Origin: Actinomycetota bacterium
Lineage (GTDB): Bacteria; Actinomycetota; UBA4738; HRBIN12
Assembly: GCA_035691205.1 (NCBI GenBank)
Contig: DASSJM010000090.1
Location: forward strand, 9,059-73,058
Direction of reading: 5' to 3'
Length of the DNA: 64,000 nucleotides
The translations under genes were made by a program, and so were the position numbers. Positions 57,073 to 64,000 of this stretch are shown here, one piece after another (position 1 is the first letter of the stretch; each line of letters starts with the position of its first letter). The notes below the pieces were generated by a model, which saw only the letters and a list, made by a program, of their open reading frames with translations, did no database searches and was not told the DNA's origin.

Positions 57073-58800
57073 GTGGCGAAACCTCGGATCCTGATCGCTA
57101 ACCGCGGCGAGATCGCCGTGCGGATCATCCGTACCGTCCGCGAGCTCGGGTACACGTCGATCGCCGTCTACTCCGACGCCGATCGCGACGCCCTCCACGT
57201 CCAGCTGGCCGACCAGGCATTCCGGATCGGCCCGCCCCTGCCGGCCGACTCGTACCTGTCGATCGGCGCGATCCTCGAGGCCGCGCAGAAGGCCAAGGCC
57301 ACGATGATCCATCCGGGGTACGGGTTCCTGTCCGAACGGGCGCACTTCGCTCAGGCAGTCGCCGAGTCCGGCTTCACGTTCGTCGGACCCTCGGCCGAAG
57401 CGATCGACACGATGGGCGACAAGGCCGCCGCTCGGCACGCGGCCGACCGCGTCGGCGTCCCCATCGTGCCCGGCACGCCCGAGCCGATCACGCTCGAGGA
57501 CGCCCCGGGCGAGGCCGAACGGATCGGGTTCCCCGTCCTGGTGAAGGCGGCCTTCGGCGGCGGCGGGAAGGGGATGCACGTCGTCCGCAAGCCCGAGGAG
57601 CTCGAGAACGCGCTCGCGAGGGCAGCCCGGGAGGCGCAGGCGTACTTCGGCCGGCCCGAGGTGTTCCTGGAGCGGTACCTGGACCGCGCCCACCACGTCG
57701 AGGCGCAGGTGATCGCGGACACGGCGGGCAACGTGTTCTTCCTCGGCGAGCGCGACTGCTCGGTCCAGCGCCGCCACCAGAAGCTGATCGAGGAGACGCC
57801 CTCTCCCGTCGTCGACGCCGAGCTCCGCTCCCGCATCGCGGAGGCCGCGATCGCGCTCGCCACGGAGACCGGCTACGTGAACGCCGGCACCGTCGAGTGC
57901 ATCGTCGATGAGGACGGCTCCTTCTACTTCCTGGAGATGAACACGCGCCTGCAGGTGGAGCACACGGTCACCGAGATGGTGACCGGGCTCGACCTCGTCG
58001 GCCTGCAGATCCGGGTCGCGCTCGGCGAGAAGCTCGACCTCTCCCACGTCGAGCCGCTGGGTCACGCGATCCAGTGCCGGATCAACGCCGAGGACCCCGC
58101 GCGCAACTTCCTGCCCGGGCCCGGCCGGATCTCCGGCTACCGCGAGCCCGCGGGTCCGTTCGTGCGGGTCGATTCGGCGGTTCGCGAGGGGAACGAGATC
58201 CCCGCCGACTACGACTCGATGTTCGCCAAGCTGATCGTCTCGGCCGAGAACCGGGACCGAGCGATCCGGCGGATGGACCGCGCGCTCGGCGAGTTCGAGG
58301 TGGAGGGCGTGCCGACCACGATCCCGCTCCATCGCTGGATCCTCGGCTCCCGCGCCTTCCATAAGGCCACCCACACGACCACCTGGCTCGAGAAGGCGCT
58401 GCGCGACGCGGAGCTCCCCGGCGACGAGTGGGTCCCGCCGCCGCCCGGCGAGATCAAGGCGCCGGTGCCGGCCGAGCTGCTGCTCGAGGTCGATGGACGC
58501 CGCGTCCCGATCCGCATCTTCGACCACCGCCGCGACACCGCGCCGAGGGTGCCCGCCAAGCACGCCGCCCACGGCGGCGAGCACGTCCACTCGGTGGTCC
58601 TCGCGCCGATGCAGGGCACGATCCTGCGCGTCCTGGTGGAGACCGGTCAGGAGATCCATGCCGGCGACGTGCTCTGCGTCCTGGAGGCGATGAAGATGGA
58701 GAACGCGATCCCGGCGCCGCGCGACGGCGTCGTCTCGGAGATCCCGGTCGAGCCCGGCCGCGTGGTGCAGGCCGGCGAGACCCTCATCGTCCTGGACTGA
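57073..58800 (+). CDS. accA: Acetyl/propionyl-CoA carboxylase alpha subunit (biotin carboxylase + BCCP)
   Basis: 575 aa from GTG 57073. Contains ILIANRGEIAVR, an ATP-grasp domain, EMNTRLQVEH, and the C-terminal biotinylation motif EAMKME. Confidence 0.95.
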   Translation: MAKPRILIANRGEIAVRIIRTVRELGYTSIAVYSDADRDALHVQLADQAFRIGPPLPADSYLSIGAILEAAQKAKATMIHPGYGFLSERAHFAQAVAESGFTFVGPSAEAIDTMGDKAAARHAADRVGVPIVPGTPEPITLEDAPGEAERIGFPVLVKAAFGGGGKGMHVVRKPEELENALARAAREAQAYFGRPEVFLERYLDRAHHVEAQVIADTAGNVFFLGERDCSVQRRHQKLIEETPSPVVDAELRSRIAEAAIALATETGYVNAGTVECIVDEDGSFYFLEMNTRLQVEHTVTEMVTGLDLVGLQIRVALGEKLDLSHVEPLGHAIQCRINAEDPARNFLPGPGRISGYREPAGPFVRVDSAVREGNEIPADYDSMFAKLIVSAENRDRAIRRMDRALGEFEVEGVPTTIPLHRWILGSRAFHKATHTTTWLEKALRDAELPGDEWVPPPPGEIKAPVPAELLLEVDGRRVPIRIFDHRRDTAPRVPAKHAAHGGEHVHSVVLAPMQGTILRVLVETGQEIHAGDVLCVLEAMKMENAIPAPRDGVVSEIPVEPGRVVQAGETLIVLD

Positions 58801-58818
58801 TCGGGCGCGGCCGAGGCC

Positions 58819-59505
58819 CTACCCGGGAGCCCCCCACGAGTCTCGTCCCGTGATGCGGAAGCCCGCGTCGTGGACCTTGTAGGTGCGGTTGATCGAGATC
58901 AGGAGCGCGGTGAGCGTCTCCGTGATCCGGGCCTGGGTGAGATCGCCGGCGTCCACCCAGCGCAGGTTGGGGATCTGGTCGACCAGCCCGCCCACGATCG
59001 CCTTGGCCTCCTTGTCGGTCCCGCACACGAGGACGTCGCTGTCCACGTCGTGGTCGATGTCCTGGAGGGCGTCCCCCGAGATCGTGTGGAACGCCCCGAC
59101 CAGCCTGACCCCGGGGTCCAGGATCGCCTTGGCCTGCTCGGCGGCCGAGCCATGCCACGGGCGCAGGACGTGCCAGGCGCGGCCGCCGACCGCGGTGGCG
59201 AGCGGGTTCGTGCAATCCACGACGATGGCGCCCGCCTGCACCGAATCCTTGATCGACCGGTAGATCAAGGCCTGACCCTCGAAGGGCACCGTGACCACGA
59301 CCACCTCGGCGCTCGCGGCCGCCTGCTCGTTCGTGGTGCCGTCGACGTTCGCGCCGTCTCCCAGGAGTTCCCGGGCCTTCGCCGCCGTCGCCTCGCCCTT
59401 CTCCTGCGAGCGCGAGCCGATCGTCACGTGGTTGCCTGCCTTCGCGAGCCGCAGCGTGAGGCCGAAGCCCTCCTCGCCGGTCCCGCCGATGATCGAGATG
59501 TCCAT
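58819..59505 (-). CDS. npdG: NADPH-dependent F420 reductase (Fno/NpdG)
   Basis: ORF 58819..59655 trimmed to ATG 59505. Contains ISIIGGTGEEGFGLTLRLAKAGNHVTIGSR and a C-terminal TLTALLISINR. Confidence 0.85.
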   Translation of the reverse strand: MDISIIGGTGEEGFGLTLRLAKAGNHVTIGSRSQEKGEATAAKARELLGDGANVDGTTNEQAAASAEVVVVTVPFEGQALIYRSIKDSVQAGAIVVDCTNPLATAVGGRAWHVLRPWHGSAAEQAKAILDPGVRLVGAFHTISGDALQDIDHDVDSDVLVCGTDKEAKAIVGGLVDQIPNLRWVDAGDLTQARITETLTALLISINRTYKVHDAGFRITGRDSWGAPG

Positions 59506-59572
59506 GGCCGCCAAGCCTAGTGGAAGGACGGCGCGGCGCCGGCCCGAGGGCGGCCGTCGTGGTCGAGCGTCC

Positions 59573-61156
59573 TCAGCGGGGGCGGTACTCGCCGAACACG
59601 GACCGCAGGACGTCGGAGACCTCGCCCAAGGTGGCCCTGGCGCGCAGCGCTTCACGCATCGGCGGGAGCAGGTTCGCGCTCCCGCGCGCCGCGACCTCGA
59701 CGTCCGCCAGTCGGCGGTCGACCTCGTTCCGGTCGCGCGATGCCCGGAGGCGTCGAACCCGCTCGACCTGGGCCGACACCTCCTCCTCGCCGAGCCGGAG
59801 CACCTCGACCGGCCGCTCCTGCTGGTCCTCGAAGCGGTTCACGCCCACCACCACCCGCTCGCCAGACTCGATCCCGCGCTGGATCTCGAACGCCGCCTCG
59901 TGGATCTCGTCTTGGTAGAAGCCCTGCTCGATCGCGGCCACGGCTCCGCCCATGCCGTCGATCTTGTCCACGTAACGCCACGCCCGAGCCTCGACGTCGT
60001 TGGTGAGCGCCTCGACGTAGAACGAGCCCCCGAGCGGGTCAACCGTGTGCGTGACACCGGTCTCCCGGCCGATCACCTGCTGGGTCCGCAGCGCGATCTT
60101 GGCGGCGTGCTCGGTGGGCAGGGCCAGGGCCTCGTCGAACGAGTTGGTGTGCAGGGACTGGGTCCCCCCCAGGACCGCCGCAAGCGCCTCGACGGCCGTC
60201 CGCACGATGTTGTTCTCGGGCTGCTGGGCCGTGAGCGTCGCACCCCCCGTCTGCGTGTGGAACCGCAGCATCAGGCTCTTCGGGTCCTTCGCGCCGAATC
60301 GCTCGGCCATGATCCGAGCCCACATCCGCCGTGCCGCGCGGAACTTCGCGATCTCCTCGAAGAAGTGCAGATGGCACGCGAAGAAGAACGAGACGCGCGG
60401 GGCGAAGTCATCGACGGTCAGCCCCGCGTCGATCGCCGCCTGGACGTACGCGATCCCGTTCGCCAGAGTGAACGCGACCTCCTGCACCGCGGTCGCCCCC
60501 GCCTCGCGCATGTGGTAGCCGCTGATCGAGATCGTGTTCCACCTCGGGATCGCCTCGCCGCAGTAGGCGAACAGGTCCGTGATCAGCCGCATCGACGGCT
60601 TCGGCGGGTAGATGTAGGTGCCGCGGGCGGCGTACTCCTTCAGCAGGTCGTTCTGGACCGTGCCCGAGAGCCCCGCGACGTCGATCCCCCGCTCCTCGGC
60701 CTCCAGCTCGTACAGCAACAGCAGGATCGGCGCCGTCGCGTTGATCGTCATCGAGGTCGAGACCCGGTCCAGCGGGATCTGCTCGAAGAGCCGGTGCATG
60801 TCCTCGATCGAGTCGATCGCGACCCCGGTCTTGCCGACCTCGCCCTCGGCGCGCGGATGGTCCGAGTCCAGGCCCATCTGGGTCGGCAGGTCGAACGCCA
60901 CCGACAGGCCGGTCTGTCCGTGCTCGAGCAGGTACCGGAAGCGCGCGTTCGTCTCGTGTGCCGTGGCCATGCCGGCGTACTGCCGGATCGTCCACGGGCG
61001 CCCGAGGTACATGCTGGGGTAGATCCCGCGGGTGAACGGGGGCTCGCCCGGTCGTCCCAGGTCACGCTCGGGATCGAACCCCTCCAGGTCCTCGGGTCCG
61101 TAGACGAGCTTCAGCTCGATGCCCGAGTCGGTGGCCCGGCGGGAGATCTCGCTCAT
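59573..61156 (-). CDS. Methylmalonyl-CoA mutase-family large (substrate-binding TIM barrel) subunit; no B12 domain in this polypeptide
   Basis: ORF 59573..61189 trimmed to ATG 61156. Contains [39 protein letters not shown] and NDLLKEY. Confidence 0.9.
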   Translation of the reverse strand: MSEISRRATDSGIELKLVYGPEDLEGFDPERDLGRPGEPPFTRGIYPSMYLGRPWTIRQYAGMATAHETNARFRYLLEHGQTGLSVAFDLPTQMGLDSDHPRAEGEVGKTGVAIDSIEDMHRLFEQIPLDRVSTSMTINATAPILLLLYELEAEERGIDVAGLSGTVQNDLLKEYAARGTYIYPPKPSMRLITDLFAYCGEAIPRWNTISISGYHMREAGATAVQEVAFTLANGIAYVQAAIDAGLTVDDFAPRVSFFFACHLHFFEEIAKFRAARRMWARIMAERFGAKDPKSLMLRFHTQTGGATLTAQQPENNIVRTAVEALAAVLGGTQSLHTNSFDEALALPTEHAAKIALRTQQVIGRETGVTHTVDPLGGSFYVEALTNDVEARAWRYVDKIDGMGGAVAAIEQGFYQDEIHEAAFEIQRGIESGERVVVGVNRFEDQQERPVEVLRLGEEEVSAQVERVRRLRASRDRNEVDRRLADVEVAARGSANLLPPMREALRARATLGEVSDVLRSVFGEYRPR

Positions 61157-61181
61157 CGCGGCACCAGGGTAGCCTCCACGC

Positions 61182-61829
61182 ATGGACATCGTGGATCCGC
61201 GGGTCGAGACCTACATGGGCTCGCTCCTCGAACGCTACGACGAGCCGGTGCTGCTCGAGATGGAGGCCGAGGGGCGCGAGCGCGGCTTCCCGATCATCGG
61301 CCGGCTGGTCGGAGTGACGGTCGAGCTGCTCGCGCGCTCGGTCGGCGCCCGGAGGGTGTTCGAGCTCGGATCCGGCTTCGGGTACTCCGCGTACTGGTTC
61401 TCGCGTGCGGTGGGACCGGGCGGCGAGGTCCACTGCACCGACGGCGACCCCGCGAACGAGGCGAAGGCGCTCGCGTACCTGGATCGGGCCGGCCTCGGTC
61501 CGCCGATCCGCTGGCACGTCGGGGACGCGGTGACGAACCTCGCCGCCGTGGACGGCGCGTTCGACGTGATCTACGACGACATCGACAAGGTGGGGTACCC
61601 CGACGCCTGGCGTGCGGCCGCCGAGCGGATCCGCGTGGGCGGCCTGTACCTGTGCGACAACGTCCTGTGGTCGGGCGCCGTCGCCGACCCCGAGGGCGGC
61701 CACGGCCGCGACCGGGCGACGACCGAGGCGATCCTCGAGCACAACCGCTTGATCGCCGGGGACGAGCGCTACGTCTCGGGCATCGTCCCCACACGCGACG
61801 GCCTCATGGTCGCCCTCCGCGTCGTCTGA
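61182..61829 (+). CDS. Class I SAM-dependent O-methyltransferase (caffeoyl-CoA OMT-like)
   Basis: 215 aa. SAM motif [12 protein letters not shown]; contains [10 protein letters not shown] and [11 protein letters not shown]. Confidence 0.85.
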   Translation: MDIVDPRVETYMGSLLERYDEPVLLEMEAEGRERGFPIIGRLVGVTVELLARSVGARRVFELGSGFGYSAYWFSRAVGPGGEVHCTDGDPANEAKALAYLDRAGLGPPIRWHVGDAVTNLAAVDGAFDVIYDDIDKVGYPDAWRAAAERIRVGGLYLCDNVLWSGAVADPEGGHGRDRATTEAILEHNRLIAGDERYVSGIVPTRDGLMVALRVV

Positions 61830-61928
61830 GGCCGGCCACGTCCGTTCCGCAGTAGACTCCGCGCGGCCCGTCGACCGGACTGCATCGGTTCGCCCGCCGC
61901 GGCCGCGATAGTCTCGGAGAGAACGACT

Positions 61929-62324
61929 GTGGCCAAGCGGAAGTCCGACGTCGGGACGCTCTACAAGGGCAGTCCGGGGCAATGGTCCTGGCTGGCGCAT
62001 CGCATCACCGGGGTCGCCGTGATCCTGTTCCTGTTCGCGCACGTCGTGGACACGGCCGTCGTCGGCTGGGGTCCCGAGGCCTACGACAAGGTCGTTGCCG
62101 TCTACCACAACTGGGTCGTCAAGCTGCTCGAGCTCGGCCTGGTCGCCGCCGTGCTGTACCACGCGATCAACGGGACGAAGATCATGCTCTTCGACTTCTG
62201 GCCCTCGACCACGCGCTACATGAAGCAGCTCTCGCTCGCGTCGACCGCGCTGTTCCTGCTGGCGATGATCCCGATCACGTGGATCATGGGCGAGAGCATC
62301 CTGACCTCGGCAGGTGTCCTCTGA
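61929..62324 (+). CDS. sdhC: Succinate dehydrogenase cytochrome b subunit
   Basis: 131 aa from GTG 61929. Three TM helices with haem His context (WLAHRITGV). Followed directly by sdhD and sdhA. Confidence 0.8.
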   Translation: MAKRKSDVGTLYKGSPGQWSWLAHRITGVAVILFLFAHVVDTAVVGWGPEAYDKVVAVYHNWVVKLLELGLVAAVLYHAINGTKIMLFDFWPSTTRYMKQLSLASTALFLLAMIPITWIMGESILTSAGVL

Positions 62325-62773
62325 TGGCGGTCCAGGCCAAGGAGCACGTCCCCGCCCCCTCCGAGCGCCGGGGCGCGTCCCCCTACCGGGGCAGCCGGGA
62401 GCGGCCCGCCGGGGGGTTCGAGCTGTGGTCGTGGCTGTTCATGCGGATCTCCGGCATCGTGCTGCTCGTCCTCGCCGTCGGCCACATCCTGATCATGCAC
62501 GTGCTCGATGGGGGCGTGGACCGCGTGGACTTCGGCTTCGTCGCGGCGCGCTGGGGCAGCCCGTTCTGGCGGACCTGGGACTGGGCCCTACTCGTGCTGG
62601 CACTGATCCATGGCGTCAACGGCCTGCGCGTCATCGTGCAGGACTACGTGCGCTGGCCGGGCGCGCGCCTGGCCGTGAACATGGCCTTCTACGTGATCGG
62701 GTTCGTGCTGTTCGTGCTCGGGACCGTGGTGGTGTTCACGTTCGACCCCAACGCGTGGCCGGCGGTCGGCTGA
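62324..62773 (+). CDS. sdhD: Succinate dehydrogenase hydrophobic membrane anchor subunit
   Basis: ATG 62324 shares one nt with the sdhC stop (TGATG). 149 aa, three TM helices ([19 protein letters not shown]). Confidence 0.75.
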   Translation: MAVQAKEHVPAPSERRGASPYRGSRERPAGGFELWSWLFMRISGIVLLVLAVGHILIMHVLDGGVDRVDFGFVAARWGSPFWRTWDWALLVLALIHGVNGLRVIVQDYVRWPGARLAVNMAFYVIGFVLFVLGTVVVFTFDPNAWPAVG

Positions 62774-64000
62774 TGACGACCGTCCACACCTACGACACCG
62801 TGATCGTCGGCGCCGGCGGCGCGGGCCTGCGAGCGGCGATCGAAGCCTCGGACGGCGTGCGGACCGCGGTGATCTCCAAGCTGTACCCCACGCGCTCGCA
62901 CACCGGGACCGCGCAGGGCGGGGTATGCGCCGCGCTCGCCAACGTCGAGGAGGACTCGCCCGAGTGGCACGCCTTCGACACGGTGAAGGGCGGCGACTAC
63001 CTCGTGGACCAGCCGGCCGCGCAGCTCATGTGCGAGGAGGCCATCGACGCGATCTACGAGCTGGAGCACTGGGGCCTGCCGTTCAACCGAACGCCGGAGG
63101 GCAAGATCGACCAGCGGCGCTTCGGCGGCCACACGCGCAACCACGGGGAGGCGCCGGTCAAGCGTGCCTGCTACGCGGCGGACCGGACCGGCCACATGAT
63201 CCTGCAGACGCTGTACCAGCAGTGCGTCAAGCGCAACGTCCGCTTCTTCAACGAGTTCTACGTGCTCGACCAGCTCATGACGGACGGTCGATGCGCCGGG
63301 GTCGTCGCGTACGAGCTCGCGACCGGCGAGGTACATGTCTTCCGAGCGAAGGCGGTCGTGTACGCGACGGGGGGGTTCGGGAGGATGTTCAAGGTGTCCT
63401 CCAACGCCCACACGCTGACCGGCGACGGGCCCGCGGTGCTGTACCGGCGCGGGATCCCGCTCGAGGACATGGAGTTCTTCCAGTTCCACCCGACCGGCGT
63501 CTACAAGATGGGCATCCTGCTGTCGGAGGCCGTGCGCGGTGAGGGCGGCATCCTCCTGAACGCGGAGGAAGAGCGCTTCATGGAGCGCTACGCCCCCACC
63601 GTGAAGGACCTCGCGCCGCGCGACATGGTCAGCCGCGCGATCTTCCAGGAGATCAAGGAGGGCCGCGGCGCCGGGCCCAACCGCGACGCGGTGTGGCTGG
63701 ACGTCCGCCACCTCCCGCGCGACGTGATCGAGGAGAAGCTGCCCGACGTCACCGAGTTCGCCCGGGTCTACCTCGGGGTCGAGCCCACGACGGAGCTCGT
63801 CCCGATCCAGCCCACCGCGCACTACGCGATGGGCGGCATCCCCACCGACATCGACGGCCGGGTCGTCCTCGGCGCGGACGAGACGCCCGTCCCGGGCCTG
63901 TACGCGGCCGGCGAGTGCGCCTGCGTGAGCGTCCACGGCGCCAACCGGCTGGGTACCAACTCGCTGCTGGACATCGTCGTGTTCGGACGCCGGAGCGGGA
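62773..64000 (+). CDS. sdhA: Succinate dehydrogenase flavoprotein subunit (5' partial; runs off the window)
   Basis: ATG 62773 (TGATG with the sdhD stop). My own translation gives [25 protein letters not shown] (FAD His), HPTG and RGEGG. The six-frame track does not list this frame because no stop falls inside the window. Confidence 0.95.
   Translation, partial: MTTVHTYDTVIVGAGGAGLRAAIEASDGVRTAVISKLYPTRSHTGTAQGGVCAALANVEEDSPEWHAFDTVKGGDYLVDQPAAQLMCEEAIDAIYELEHWGLPFNRTPEGKIDQRRFGGHTRNHGEAPVKRACYAADRTGHMILQTLYQQCVKRNVRFFNEFYVLDQLMTDGRCAGVVAYELATGEVHVFRAKAVVYATGGFGRMFKVSSNAHTLTGDGPAVLYRRGIPLEDMEFFQFHPTGVYKMGILLSEAVRGEGGILLNAEEERFMERYAPTVKDLAPRDMVSRAIFQEIKEGRGAGPNRDAVWLDVRHLPRDVIEEKLPDVTEFARVYLGVEPTTELVPIQPTAHYAMGGIPTDIDGRVVLGADETPVPGLYAAGECACVSVHGANRLGTNSLLDIVVFGRRSG

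Overview
High-GC (GC3-dominated) bacterial chromosome segment with actinobacterial hallmarks: an F420-dependent reductase, a DevS/DevR-like two-component pair, a DinB-type protein, many ATGA/GTGA-coupled genes and very short divergent intergenic regions. I support about 62 protein-coding genes at very high density. I recognised no rRNA, tRNA, CRISPR array, transposase or integrase. Layout: (i) 0-14.6 kb is a hypoxia/redox island with a Pat-like acetyltransferase, tandem USP, CBS-BON protein, haem-GAF kinase, NarL-type regulator, an unusual multicopper oxidase, and PFOR with a coupled DHOD-like protein. (ii) 14.6-20.9 kb holds two tandem AlaDH/PNT (carboxyethylornithine-synthase-like) paralogs, aconitase, a thioesterase and a lipoprotein. 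(iii) 21.3-27.4 kb is an archaeal-style nurA-herA-mre11-rad50 operon, which is the most interesting block. It sits at the end of an ~11 kb co-directional gene train. (iv) 27-61 kb is dominated by acyl-CoA metabolism (ACADs, thiolase, ccr, epimerase, PccB/AccA, BirA, mutase, Hbd). This stretch includes a module of two thiolase-fold proteins that lack thiolase catalytic residues, together with two DUF35 domains. It also holds an uncharacterised membrane module, glycosyltransferases, an M23 peptidase and K+/cation transport genes. (v) sdhCDA begins at the 3' end. Many of the longest ORFs in the six-frame track are antisense or out-of-frame GC artefacts, or N-terminal run-ons, so I re-picked starts by hand from the DNA. 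All family calls rest on motif recognition by eye; no searches were run.
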